Program-made: the position numbers and the translations under genes
The notes under the pieces: generated by a model
Database searches by the model: none
The model's input: the letters and a program-made list of their open reading frames with translations, nothing else
Told to the model about the DNA's origin: nothing
Part shown: one piece after another, positions 18,535-28,692 of the stretch
How positions within the stretch are numbered: the first letter of the stretch is position 1
Layout of the letters: each line of letters opens with the position of its first letter
Assembly (NCBI GenBank): GCA_964437445.1
Contig: CAYTGR010000014.1
Span: forward strand, 3,812 to 67,811
Reading direction: 5' to 3'
Length of the DNA: 64,000 nt
Source of the DNA: an uncultured Anaerolineales bacterium
GTDB lineage: Bacteria > Chloroflexota > Anaerolineae > B4-G1 > SLSP01

Positions 18535-21500
18535 ATGTTGGGAGAACGCTTTAGCCGCTGGGAGCGGATTTTAATCGTGGTCATCCTGGTCCTGGCCCTC
18601 GCCAGCCGGTTTTACCTGCTTGGAGCCCGCACCATGAGCCACGACGAAAGCTTACACACGAAATATTCGTGGTATCTTTACAGTGGGAGCGGTTATCAGC
18701 ACAACCCGATGATGCACGGGCCAATCCTTTTCCACCTGACGGCCCTGGCCTATTTTATCTTCGGTGTGAACGATTTCGCCGCGCGGCTTTTCCCGGCCCT
18801 GTTCGGGATTGCCCTGATCTTCATGCCGCTGCTCTTCCGCCGTTATCTGGGCCGCAGCGGGGCGCTGATCGCCAGCGTCCTGCTGCTCCTCTCGCCCTCT
18901 ATCACCTACCACTCACGCTATATTCGCCACGATATCTTCCTCATGGCGTTCGGTGTGCTGGTAGTGTGGACCTTGTTCAAATACCTGGAGGAAGGGCGTG
19001 CTCGCTGGCTCTACTGGTTTGCCGGCTGCTTCGCGTTGATGTACACGACGATGGAAGGGTATTACATTTATACCCTGATCTTCGGCGCGTTGTTCTTCCT
19101 TCCACTGCTGGATTGGGTCTTGACGGCCCCCTGGCAGCGACCGCGCCTCTTCTATGCTTTCCTGGTGGTGATTGTGCTGGTAGTGGTACTCTTAGGGGCC
19201 TTCGGCCTGGCGCTGACCGGCGCAGAATCTCAGGAGCGCCCCCTGGACGCAGCGGGCAACACCCGCGTCGCCGACCTGGTCCTCCCTCTCTGGGGGCGGG
19301 CAGCCGCCGTGGCCGCCCTTGTGTTCCTGGTAGCAGCGGTGGTCCTGGTCTTCTACGGCCTGGGCGAAGAGACCATCCGCCACGCCCGCCTGTTTGACGC
19401 CTTGATGGTCATGGGGACGTTGGTGCTGCCGTTGGGGTCCGCGTTCCTCATCAGCATGGCAGGCTTTGACCCGCTGGATTATTCCACTAACGGGCTGCTC
19501 CACTCCGCGCTGATCATTGTGCCGATCTTCCTGGGGGCGATCATGTTAGGGCTGTGGTGGGACGCCCGGCGCTGGCCCATCATCGCCGCCATCTTCTACG
19601 CGATTTTCTTCACCCTCTACACCACCATTTTCACCAACGGCACCGGCATCGCCAGCGGCCTGGTCGGCGCCCTCGGTTACTGGATGGCCCAACAAGGCGT
19701 CCAGCGGGGCCAACAGCCCTGGTACTATTACCTGCTGACGATGTCACTTTATGAGTATCTGGTGGGACTCGGCTCTATCGGGGCAGGGATAGGGGTCATT
19801 GTCTGGCTCTTCCGGCGACCCGCCAACGGTGGCTCCCGGCCAACCGCCGAGGCCCTCACGGCAGACTCCCCAGCGCCGGCCTCTCCCGCCAATACGCCGG
19901 CTGTCCCCCACCCATCACCCGCCACTGCACTGCCCTCAGGAGACCGGCTATTCCCGTTCTTCCTGTTAGGCTGGACGGTCCTGGCGTGGATCGCTTTCTC
20001 TTATGCCGGCGAGAAGATGCCCTGGCTGACGGTGCACCTGGCGCTGCCGAGCAGTCTCCTCTCGGCCTGGGGGCTGGGCCGCCTGGTGGACAGAGTATCG
20101 TGGTCGCGGGTGCGCGAGCGCATGGGCTGGCTGGTACCGCTGGCGCTCCCCTTCGTCGTGACCGCGTTCGTCGTGCTGACGATGTCACTGAGCCAGCTCT
20201 TTCCGCTCCTGCGCCAGGGGGTCTCCCCGGCCGGGCTGTCGCTCACCCAATTAGAGCTGGTCGGACGCGCCCTGGGCGGGTTCCTGGCGCTCCTGGGCTT
20301 CGGCGGGCTGTTGCTTTGGGCCGCCGAGCGGATCGGGGTGGGAACGGCCCTGCGCCTGAGCGCTCTGACCGGGGCGCTCGTCCTGGCCGTCTTCACCGCG
20401 CGCACCATGGTGATGCTCAACTACATCAACTACGACCTGGCGAAGGAATTCCTGGTCTATGCCCATTCCACGCCGGACGTGAAGATCGCGCTGCGCCAGA
20501 TTGACGACGTCTCCTGGCGCACTACCGGCACCCCTCACGAGGTCAAGGTAGCCTACAGCGAGGACGGCTCCTGGCCCATCGGCTGGTACATGACGGCCTA
20601 CCCCAACGCTTACTTCTACGGCACCAATCCCGACCCCGATACGTTGCGCAGCTGCCCGGTGGTGATCGCCGGACGCGAACAATGGAACGCCGTGGAAACC
20701 ATCTTGGGCAGCCAGTATATCCATTTTGACTACAGATACCTCTGGTGGCCGATCCAGGATTACTTCAACCTGACCCCGCAACGCATCCGGTATGCGTTGA
20801 CCGACCCGACGATGCGCGCCGCCCTGTTTGACATCCTCTGGGATCGGGATTATCGCAAATACGCGCTGGCCACTAACCAGACCATTGATATGAATCAATG
20901 GCCGCTGCGTAAGGAGTTCCGGCTCTACGTGCGGCAGGACCTGGCCGAGCAGACCTGGAGCTATCGCCTGGGAGCAACGGGGGTGCAGGTCAGCCAACCG
21001 GCAGTGGTGGAGGCCACGTCGGCCCCTGATCCCTACGCCAGCGGGACGCGCGAGCTGCCCGTGGTCGTGAACATCGCGCTGCCGGGCGCCGGCTCTCGCG
21101 GCCTGGCCGTCGCCCCCGACGGTTCGCTCTACGTCTCCGACACCACCAACCACCGCATCTGGCACGTCAGTGCGCAAGGGGCCGTCCTGGGTTCCTGGGG
21201 CAAAGCAGGGACCGGGCCGGGCCAGTTCAACGAGCCGTGGGGCGTGGCGGTGGATCAGGATGGCAATGTTTATGTCGCCGATACCTGGAACCATCGCGTC
21301 CAGAAGTTTGATCCGCAGGGCACCTTCCTGCTGCAATGGGGGCGCAACGGGCTTTACGCCGTGGGAGATCCGGCCGGGGCGGGTGCTTTCTACGGGCCGC
21401 GCGGGATCGCCGTCGGCCCTGACGGCAACCTCTACGTGACCGATACCGGCAACAAGCGCATCCAGGTCTTCACACCAGAGGGACAGTTCGTGCGGGATTT

Positions 21501-21906
21501 CGGCGGGTCGGGCCGTGAATTGGGCCAGCTGGACGAGCCGGTGGGCCTCGCGGTCGGCACCGGCGGTGAGGTCTTCGTCGCCGATACCTGGAATCAGCGG
21601 GTACAGGTTTTCTCATCCGATGGCGTCTTCCGCCGGCAGTGGCAGGTCCCGGTGTGGGCCGCCAACCCGGAGGAAAAGCCCTACATTGCCCTGGACCGCG
21701 AAGGGCGGGCCTTCGTCAGCGATCCGCTCCGCGCGCGGGTGCTGGCCTTCGTCGGCGATGGCGCCTTCCTCTGGTCGGTCGGCAAGTACGGCGAAACCGG
21801 TGACACCCTCGGTTTCCCCCAGGGGGTAGCGCTCTCGGCCAATGGGGAAACGCTCTACGTGGCCGATGCTCACAGCGGGCGCATTTTAGGCTACCAGCTC
21901 CCCTGA
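18535..21906 (+). CDS. Polytopic membrane protein (TIGR03663/PMT_2 dolichyl-phosphate-mannose mannosyltransferase-like) fused to a C-terminal NHL-repeat beta-propeller
   Basis: Start MLGERFSRWERIL with an AGGGAG RBS 5 nt upstream. The N-terminal ~650 aa are highly hydrophobic with a GT-C-like loop (MSHDESLH). The C-terminal ~350 aa carry at least 5 NHL repeats (YV[ST]DT.NHR[IV]Q.F). Confidence 0.7.
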   Translation: MLGERFSRWERILIVVILVLALASRFYLLGARTMSHDESLHTKYSWYLYSGSGYQHNPMMHGPILFHLTALAYFIFGVNDFAARLFPALFGIALIFMPLLFRRYLGRSGALIASVLLLLSPSITYHSRYIRHDIFLMAFGVLVVWTLFKYLEEGRARWLYWFAGCFALMYTTMEGYYIYTLIFGALFFLPLLDWVLTAPWQRPRLFYAFLVVIVLVVVLLGAFGLALTGAESQERPLDAAGNTRVADLVLPLWGRAAAVAALVFLVAAVVLVFYGLGEETIRHARLFDALMVMGTLVLPLGSAFLISMAGFDPLDYSTNGLLHSALIIVPIFLGAIMLGLWWDARRWPIIAAIFYAIFFTLYTTIFTNGTGIASGLVGALGYWMAQQGVQRGQQPWYYYLLTMSLYEYLVGLGSIGAGIGVIVWLFRRPANGGSRPTAEALTADSPAPASPANTPAVPHPSPATALPSGDRLFPFFLLGWTVLAWIAFSYAGEKMPWLTVHLALPSSLLSAWGLGRLVDRVSWSRVRERMGWLVPLALPFVVTAFVVLTMSLSQLFPLLRQGVSPAGLSLTQLELVGRALGGFLALLGFGGLLLWAAERIGVGTALRLSALTGALVLAVFTARTMVMLNYINYDLAKEFLVYAHSTPDVKIALRQIDDVSWRTTGTPHEVKVAYSEDGSWPIGWYMTAYPNAYFYGTNPDPDTLRSCPVVIAGREQWNAVETILGSQYIHFDYRYLWWPIQDYFNLTPQRIRYALTDPTMRAALFDILWDRDYRKYALATNQTIDMNQWPLRKEFRLYVRQDLAEQTWSYRLGATGVQVSQPAVVEATSAPDPYASGTRELPVVVNIALPGAGSRGLAVAPDGSLYVSDTTNHRIWHVSAQGAVLGSWGKAGTGPGQFNEPWGVAVDQDGNVYVADTWNHRVQKFDPQGTFLLQWGRNGLYAVGDPAGAGAFYGPRGIAVGPDGNLYVTDTGNKRIQVFTPEGQFVRDFGGSGRELGQLDEPVGLAVGTGGEVFVADTWNQRVQVFSSDGVFRRQWQVPVWAANPEEKPYIALDREGRAFVSDPLRARVLAFVGDGAFLWSVGKYGETGDTLGFPQGVALSANGETLYVADAHSGRILGYQLP

Positions 21907-21935
21907 GCGCAGAAAGTTAAAGGCAGAGGGATTTT

Positions 21936-22682
21936 ATGGATCTGTTTGAGGCGTATCCCCACCTGCGCGACGTCCCGGCCTTACGCGGCCGGCGGCTGCG
22001 GCTGATTGCATTATCGGGCATCGGCTACGACGCTCAGGCCTTCTATTTTGAGCTCGCCGACGAACGGTTCTGGGCCCGCCCACCGGCCGGCGACATTTTC
22101 ATCGGCGTGGGTGGGGCGCAATGCCGGCCCGATCCGGCCACACCGCCGCTGGAACAGTTGCTCTCTAATGTGCGCCGCCAGTGGCAATGCGAACTGGCCT
22201 ATTTCCCGGCCGGGATCGCCTACGTCCTGGAAGAAAAGCCTTCCCAACGGGCGGCCAGCAAAAAATCACGCTCCCGCCATGGCAAAGCCGACGCCCGCCC
22301 GCCCGCCCCAACCCTGGCGGCTTTCACGCCCTTGCCGGCCAGCTCCACCCCCTTCCTCACCATCCTGACGCCGCCATTGTTGGGCGGCGGGGATGAAGTG
22401 CCGGATGCGCTGGCTCAGGCCGTTTACCTGATCCCCTTGCCGACACCGCCGGCGAGCGGGCGAGTCCCCGGCATCCTGCGGATTGAACAGGCAGCCCTGG
22501 GCGAGTTTCTGACGCCACCGACCTGGACGTTAGAGGCCCTGCAGGGCCAGCCCTGGGCCACCCTGGAAACGGCGCGCTCCCTCCCCCCCGCCGCGCAGCT
22601 GCGGGCGGTGCTGGCGCTGCGCGGCCTGCAACGGCTCTGGCAAGCCGGGGTGTTCCCTTTGAAAGACTCCGCGCATCCATGA
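21936..22682 (+). CDS. Hypothetical protein (Pro/Ala-rich)
   Basis: 248-aa ORF with GC-typical codon usage; no recognisable domain. Confidence 0.35.
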   Translation: MDLFEAYPHLRDVPALRGRRLRLIALSGIGYDAQAFYFELADERFWARPPAGDIFIGVGGAQCRPDPATPPLEQLLSNVRRQWQCELAYFPAGIAYVLEEKPSQRAASKKSRSRHGKADARPPAPTLAAFTPLPASSTPFLTILTPPLLGGGDEVPDALAQAVYLIPLPTPPASGRVPGILRIEQAALGEFLTPPTWTLEALQGQPWATLETARSLPPAAQLRAVLALRGLQRLWQAGVFPLKDSAHP

Positions 22683-22718
22683 ATCGGAAAGCCAAGACCA
22701 TACACCAAGGATTTAAAC

Positions 22719-23327
22719 GTGACCGCTAATGCTGTAACCCTGTCGCGCATCCCCTTGTTAGGATTCATCCTCTACCTGCTCTACCAGCCGCAGCCCACCT
22801 GGCGGCTGATTGCTGCGCCGTTAATCTTCATTCTCATCATCCTGGATACGGTGGACGGCATCTTAGCCCGGGCCTGGAAGGAGACCAGCTTGCTGGGCAG
22901 CGTATTAGATATCGCCGCCGACCGGGCGGTGGAATACGCCCTGTGGATCATGTTTGCGCACCTGCGACTCATCCCGGTACTGATCCCGCTGCTGGTCGTG
23001 ATCCGCGGGACCTTTGTGGATACCATCCGCTCCGTCGCCCCAACACGCGGCACCACCCCCTTTGAGATGATGCAGACGAAGCTGGGGCGCTTCCTGGTCA
23101 AATCAGCGTGGATGCGAACCGGCTACGGGATCGCCAAGGGGACGGCGTTCGTGCTGCTGGCCTGGGCGCACGGGGCCCTCACGGCCGGACAGGCCGCCGG
23201 GCCGGGACTGCACTTGGCGGCACAAATCGCCGCCTGGATCGCGCTGGTCATCTGCTTAGCGCGGGGGCTACCGGTGCTCATGGAGGCCCCCCGCGCGCTC
23301 CAGGAACCGCCGAAGCAAAACAGTTAG
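22719..23327 (+). CDS. CDP-alcohol phosphatidyltransferase family protein
   Basis: The D-G-x2-AR…G…D-x3-D motif (DTVDGILARAW…LDIAADRAVE) is present with multiple TM helices. Confidence 0.7.
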   Translation: MTANAVTLSRIPLLGFILYLLYQPQPTWRLIAAPLIFILIILDTVDGILARAWKETSLLGSVLDIAADRAVEYALWIMFAHLRLIPVLIPLLVVIRGTFVDTIRSVAPTRGTTPFEMMQTKLGRFLVKSAWMRTGYGIAKGTAFVLLAWAHGALTAGQAAGPGLHLAAQIAAWIALVICLARGLPVLMEAPRALQEPPKQNS

Positions 23328-23346
23328 GGAGTGTCGCGTCGCTCCG

Positions 23347-23979
23347 TTACAAGAGTTGCCGGCCCACCGCGTCGTAAGCGGCCAGCGCCGCGGCCGCAGC
23401 CGAGCTGGCAGGATACTCGTCCGCCAAAAGGGTCCACACCAGCACATTATGCCGCGAGCCGTCGGGATCGGTGATCCGCTGCCGGAGCGTGGTTTCCAAC
23501 GTGTAGCCCAGTTTGCGCGGGACAGCGGCGCTGCGGACGTTGCGCGCGTCGCAGCGGATCTCCACGCGGCTCATCCGATCTATCTCAAAAGCCACCCTGG
23601 TCAAAGCGGCTGCCACCTCGGTAGCGAGCCCCTGATTGATGTAAGCGGCGTGAATCCAGTAGCCGATCTCGCGCGCCTCCTCGCCAACGCGGGTATGCAG
23701 GCCGGTGCCGCCGAGCACCTGCGTTTCGGCGCGGTCCAGAATGCCGTAGGTGAAATCCTCTCCCAGGTCAAACCGGCCGCGGAAGCGCCGCAACAGGTCA
23801 ATTTTAGCCTGCAGATCGGTCGGTTCCTGATCAGCCCAGGGCATCCAGGGCCGGAGATGTTCCACACTGGCATCCACCGCTGCTTTGAGCAGCGGCGCGT
23901 CGGCGGGGTTCCAGCAACGGATGACCGTGCGGGCCGTCTCTACACGGTACGCAGGACCCGGAAACGCTAATAAGTTCAT
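23347..23979 (-). CDS. GNAT family N-acetyltransferase (RimJ/RimL-like)
   Basis: ORF trimmed to MNLLAF. An acetyl-CoA motif (R..GEEAREIGYWI, GLATE) is present. Confidence 0.7.
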   Translation of the reverse strand: MNLLAFPGPAYRVETARTVIRCWNPADAPLLKAAVDASVEHLRPWMPWADQEPTDLQAKIDLLRRFRGRFDLGEDFTYGILDRAETQVLGGTGLHTRVGEEAREIGYWIHAAYINQGLATEVAAALTRVAFEIDRMSRVEIRCDARNVRSAAVPRKLGYTLETTLRQRITDPDGSRHNVLVWTLLADEYPASSAAAAALAAYDAVGRQLL

Positions 23980-24059
23980 TTCATCTCCCCCATAAGTCAA
24001 ATTTAAACGCTGAGTTCACCGAAGCCGCAGAGATATGTTTGAATCCGCTGCAAAAACTC

Positions 24060-24086
24060 ACCGCAGAGAACGCGGAGAGCGCAGAG
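24060..24086. repeat. Nonamer tandem repeat (ACCGCAGAG-AACGCGGAG-AGCGCAGAG), 3' of hypF; a related AACGCGGAGGCCGCAGAG lies at 50778-50795
   Basis: Read from the sequence. Confidence 0.65.
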
Positions 24087-24136
24087 TTTTTCAAGTTATT
24101 TTTCTGTAACCTCCCAGGAGATCATTTTTGAAAACT

Positions 24137-26596
24137 CTACGCTCTGGTATCCCCGCCCAGAAACGGCGCGCGGGCTCGTCCCCCCGCTAGCTTCTGCCAG
24201 CGGGCCGCCGCCACCGCCACCTGTCCCAGGCTGATCCCACCGTCGTTCGGCGGGACCTGGCGGTGCAGGAGCACCTCAAAGCCGGCCGCGCCCAACGCCC
24301 CGGCCGCCCGCTCGGTCAGCCAGCGGTTCTGGAAAACGCCGCCGGTCAGCGCGACCCGGCGCTCGCCGACCGCGCGCGCGACCGCGACCAGCGCCGCCAC
24401 CAGCGCGTTGTGGAAGCGCGCCGCCATCCGGTCTGGTGTCATGCCAGCTTGCAGATCGGCAAGCACCGCCTCCACCAGGGGCCCCCAATCCAGGAGGGTC
24501 GCTGACGTTGGCGGCTGGACCTGCGCGGCGGATTGCGGATTCCGGGTTGCGTCATCCGTTCTGAGGGGCAACGGGTAAGCGTCCGGCTCTGCCGGATCGG
24601 CGGCAAATTCCAGCGCCATCGCGGCCTGTCCCTCAAAGCTGACCCGCTGGTGCAGGCCGACGAGCGCAGCGACGCCATCGAACAAACGCCCCATGCTGGT
24701 AGTGACCGGCGCATTGACGCCGCGCCGCAGCATCCCGGCGAGCAACCGCCGCTCGGCCGGCGGGGTGGCCTGCACAGGGGCCAGCTCGTCACGCTCAAAG
24801 GCCGCATCGCCATAGAGTTCCCACAGCAACGCCAACGCGACGCGGTGCGGCTCCTTGATTGCGCTATCCCCGCCGGGCAGCCGGAAGGGACGCAGATGGG
24901 CCACCCGCTCAAAACCGGCCGCGTCCCCTAACAAGAACTCCCCGCCCCAGATCGTGCCATCCAGGCCGTAGCCGGTCCCGTCCCAGGTCGCCCCCAACGC
25001 CGGGCCGGTCACGCCGTTCTCGGCCAGGCAGGCCGCGAGATGGGCATGGTGATGCTGCACCGGAATCAGGGGGGTGGCGAAATGAGAGGCCGGGGCCTCT
25101 TTGCCCCCCGGCTCCCCGGCTCCCCGGCTTTTCCCCTGTTCCAGTGCCCAGTGGGTGGAAAGGTAATCCGGGTGCAGGTCGTGCGCGATGGCGACCGGGG
25201 TGGCCTCATAGAGCCGGAGGAAATCGGCAATGACGCGCTCAAAAGCAGCCATCGCCTCCGGCGTCTCCAGGTCACCGATGTGCTGGCTGATAAAGACCTG
25301 GCGACCAACGCTCAGCGCGACGGTGTTCTTCAAGTGCGCACCGACGGCCAGAATGGTCGGCAGCTCTCGCTCAACCAGCACCGGCAGCGGGGCATAGCCG
25401 CGCGCCCGCCGCAGCAGGCGTGGCTCATCGTGCAGGATCCAGGCGACGCTGTCGTCTACGTGGCGGGCGATGGGTCGGTCGTGGACCAGGAAGCATTCGG
25501 CGACGTGGCCGAGCCGCGTCAACGCCTCGCGCTCATCGGTGCAGATCGGTTCGTCGGCCAGGTTGCCGCTGGTGGCGACGACGGGGAACTCTACGGCACG
25601 CAGCAGCAAGTGATGGAGCGGCGTATAGGGCAACATCACGCCAAGGGTCGGGTTGCCGGGCGCGACGTTCACGGCGACGGGCGCGGTGGCCCGGCGGCGC
25701 AACAATACGATTGGCGCTTCCGGGGAGGTCAACAGCGTCTCCGCCACCGGCGAGAGCTCCACCAGCGCGCCGGCCTGCTCCAGATCGCGGGCCATCAGCG
25801 CGAAGGGCTTCTCGTGGCGGGGCTTGCGCGCGCGCAGGCGCTCAATCGCGGCGGCGTTGCGCGCGTCCACCATCAGGTGAAAGCCCCCCAGCCCCTTGAC
25901 GGCGACGATCTGGCCGGCGCCCAGCGCTTCCGCCGCGCCGGAGAGAGCGGCGTCGCGCTCGGCCAGCACCTCACCGGCGGGGGTCCATAGCTCCAGATGC
26001 GGCCCGCAGACGGGACAGGCGTTCGGCTGGGCATGGAAACGGCGATCCGGCGGAGCTTCATACTCGTGCCGGCAGGTCGGGCAAAGGACGAAACGCCGCA
26101 TGGTCGTGTTAGGACGGTCGTAGGGCAACGCCTGGATAATGGTGAAACGCGGACCGCAGTTCGTGCAGTTGGTGAAGGGGTAGCGATAGCGCCGGTCGGC
26201 CGGATTGAAGACCTCGGCGAGACACTCCGAGCAGGCGGCGATGTCGGGCAGCACCAGCGCCGTCTTAGCTCCCTGCGCGTCGCTGTGGCGGATCTCAAAC
26301 CGGTCATAGCCCGCCGGCGCCAACCATTCCGTCGTCAGTGAATGGATCAACGCCCGGGGCGGCTTCTCGGCCGCGACCCGCGCCACAAAGTGTTCCAGGG
26401 CGGGCCGCGGTCCTTCAACCTCAATGAAAACACCGCGGGTGTCGTTGCTGACCCAGCCGGTCAGCGCCAGTTCGGTCGCCAGGCGGTAAACAAATGGCCG
26501 GAAACCGACCCCTTGCACTGCGCCGTGCAGCTCCACACGCACGCGGGCGGCGTCTGCCGCCCGCCCCTCACCTGCCCATCGCGCTTTGTCGTCCAT
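24137..26596 (-). CDS. hypF: [NiFe]-hydrogenase maturation carbamoyltransferase HypF
   Basis: ORF trimmed to MDDKARW. An acylphosphatase domain (VQGVGFRPFVYRLA) is followed by two CxxC zinc-finger pairs (FTNCTNCGPRF, LCPTCRHEYE), YrdC-like and Kae1-like domains. Confidence 0.88.
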   Translation of the reverse strand: MDDKARWAGEGRAADAARVRVELHGAVQGVGFRPFVYRLATELALTGWVSNDTRGVFIEVEGPRPALEHFVARVAAEKPPRALIHSLTTEWLAPAGYDRFEIRHSDAQGAKTALVLPDIAACSECLAEVFNPADRRYRYPFTNCTNCGPRFTIIQALPYDRPNTTMRRFVLCPTCRHEYEAPPDRRFHAQPNACPVCGPHLELWTPAGEVLAERDAALSGAAEALGAGQIVAVKGLGGFHLMVDARNAAAIERLRARKPRHEKPFALMARDLEQAGALVELSPVAETLLTSPEAPIVLLRRRATAPVAVNVAPGNPTLGVMLPYTPLHHLLLRAVEFPVVATSGNLADEPICTDEREALTRLGHVAECFLVHDRPIARHVDDSVAWILHDEPRLLRRARGYAPLPVLVERELPTILAVGAHLKNTVALSVGRQVFISQHIGDLETPEAMAAFERVIADFLRLYEATPVAIAHDLHPDYLSTHWALEQGKSRGAGEPGGKEAPASHFATPLIPVQHHHAHLAACLAENGVTGPALGATWDGTGYGLDGTIWGGEFLLGDAAGFERVAHLRPFRLPGGDSAIKEPHRVALALLWELYGDAAFERDELAPVQATPPAERRLLAGMLRRGVNAPVTTSMGRLFDGVAALVGLHQRVSFEGQAAMALEFAADPAEPDAYPLPLRTDDATRNPQSAAQVQPPTSATLLDWGPLVEAVLADLQAGMTPDRMAARFHNALVAALVAVARAVGERRVALTGGVFQNRWLTERAAGALGAAGFEVLLHRQVPPNDGGISLGQVAVAAARWQKLAGGRARAPFLGGDTRA

Positions 26597-26826
26597 TGGT
26601 CCGGCACTTCCACGCCCCATTATACCAGACTTGACAGCAAGCAAGTCAAGGGATGAGGGAATTTTCAGAGCTATCGCACTTGGAAAATAGCAGGGGCCGG
26701 CAGCCAGCCCGGCGCGGCACGCGGGAAGAAAAACGCTTCCAGGCCAAATGCAATCGCCCTTTCTTCGGGACAAAAACCCGGCTTCGTGACGAAGCCGGGT
26801 CTCAGTGCCAACTGTAGGAAGACGGC

Positions 26827-27309
26827 TCAGATTTTGCGCTTACCAAAATCAGCATGGATGCTGTCCCAGGCATCCCGATAGCGGGCGCATTCCGGAATCG
26901 GCTCGCGCCGGCGATCCAGCTCCAGCGTGAAGCGCCAGCGGGCCAGGCTGCCCGGCGGCAGTTCTTGCAGATCGGCCTTGGGCACAATATAGAAGGCGTT
27001 ATCGTCCATGAAATAAGCTACCAGGAAGTCGCAGGATTGGTATTCGTCCTCGGTCAGGGAGAACTTGATCCGCCGGCGTGGACGCCCGACCACGTACATC
27101 CCCTGGCGCGTCTTAACCTTGACGCGAATGCGGTCGCCGTTAGCGGTGTTCAGCAAAAGCAGGCTGTAGCTGGCCTCACCCAGGTTTTGAAAGACCTGCC
27201 AGGGAGTGTTCTGGACCAGCAAGAAGAAACGTAACAAGACCTGTTTTTCACCAATCTCCGCGGTCAGCGATTGGATGTTCTGCAATAGCTTATCTTCAGG
27301 ATTCAGCAT
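26827..27309 (-). CDS. Hypothetical protein
   Basis: 160 aa; no confident family assignment. Confidence 0.35.
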   Translation of the reverse strand: MLNPEDKLLQNIQSLTAEIGEKQVLLRFFLLVQNTPWQVFQNLGEASYSLLLLNTANGDRIRVKVKTRQGMYVVGRPRRRIKFSLTEDEYQSCDFLVAYFMDDNAFYIVPKADLQELPPGSLARWRFTLELDRRREPIPECARYRDAWDSIHADFGKRKI

Positions 27310-27370
27310 GGCCTTTCACTCCTCAGCACGCGCCCTGATGGTTTGCTTCTATCTGTCATTATATACGCAC

Positions 27371-28615
27371 TTACCCCCAACGCAACAGTACCAACGCGAC
27401 CAACAGCCGCAACAAAGCCGCCAGGGCCAAAGCCGGCCCCACGGTTAACCACTCTCCCAACCACGGACCGAGCAAAGAGGCCAGCAGGATCGCCCCATTG
27501 AGGGCCAGGTTGTACCAGGCGAGATGGGCCGGACGGTCATCGGCCGGCACTTTCTCCAGCAGATAATTCCCTACGGCGGCCCCCAGCAGCGACCAGGCCA
27601 GACCGCCCACTGCTGACGCGACCAGGAAGAGCCCCACCCCGCGGCTTAACGCCAGCAGGGCCGGATAGCCACTCAGCAGGGTGGCACCCAGGCCCACGAG
27701 TCGCCGGTTGCCCAGCCGCCGGGTCAGCCGTTCCAACTGTAGCGAGCCGAGAAAGACCATGACGTAGAAAAGCGCCGTGCCCAGGCTGATCTGTTGGTCG
27801 GAAAGGTGTAGCTGCCCCACCTGGTACAAAGGGAACAATGACATGGGAATGTACTGGACCAGGTGAAAAGCAAAGAGTCCCACCAATACTCGCGCAAAAG
27901 ATGTACGCAAGATATCAAGCCGGATCAACCGGGAACGGCGTGCCGGTGAGGCCGGCACCGGGACAGAGGCGTTTTCCGGTTCCGCCAGAGGATGTACGGC
28001 CTTCAGGTAAACGCTGCTCAACAGGGCGCCCAGAAAGCCAACACCGAAGACGAGCTGGTACCCCACGGGCAGGCCCAAGGTCGTCAAGACATGCCCCGAG
28101 ACGAGCGAGGTGATGATAAAGATCACGGCCGAGAGGGCATTGCGCACCCCGGCGACACGCCCTCGCCATTCATGGGGGACAGCACCGGCAAAAAGGGCGT
28201 TGAAGCCAATGGTCAGGGCCGTCGCCGGGATACTCCCCAACAACGTCAGGCCCACCAGCGCCCAGATCTGGGCCTGCGCTCCCAGGAAAAAAGGGAGCAG
28301 CGCCCACAGGAGGTAGCCGGACCGCTGCACCAGCGAAGTCCAGAAAACGGCCTTATCCACCGGACGCTTCTCCAACCACCGGCCGGCCGGCAGTGTGAGC
28401 AACAGGTTAACTACGGCCGGGCCAGCGTTAAACAGGCCCAGCTGGAAAGCGGTCGCCCCCAGCCGGGCCGCATAGACGGTGACAAAATTCAGCGCACTAC
28501 CGGCCAGCACACTGTACCCGGCTATATCCAGGTATAAATTTTTGAAGTTGGCGCGATGTTCAGCCGGGACCGGCTGGCCAGAACGACCGACGAGCAGAAA
28601 TTTGATGCCACGCAT
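27371..28615 (-). CDS. MFS transporter
   Basis: ORF trimmed to MRGIKF; ~12 predicted TM helices. Confidence 0.75.
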   Translation of the reverse strand: MRGIKFLLVGRSGQPVPAEHRANFKNLYLDIAGYSVLAGSALNFVTVYAARLGATAFQLGLFNAGPAVVNLLLTLPAGRWLEKRPVDKAVFWTSLVQRSGYLLWALLPFFLGAQAQIWALVGLTLLGSIPATALTIGFNALFAGAVPHEWRGRVAGVRNALSAVIFIITSLVSGHVLTTLGLPVGYQLVFGVGFLGALLSSVYLKAVHPLAEPENASVPVPASPARRSRLIRLDILRTSFARVLVGLFAFHLVQYIPMSLFPLYQVGQLHLSDQQISLGTALFYVMVFLGSLQLERLTRRLGNRRLVGLGATLLSGYPALLALSRGVGLFLVASAVGGLAWSLLGAAVGNYLLEKVPADDRPAHLAWYNLALNGAILLASLLGPWLGEWLTVGPALALAALLRLLVALVLLRWG

Positions 28616-28692
28616 ACAGGTTCCTCGCCAAACAAACACCCGGTAGGGTGCTACCATACCGGGTGTCTCGGTTAACCGAAATTATATCACAC

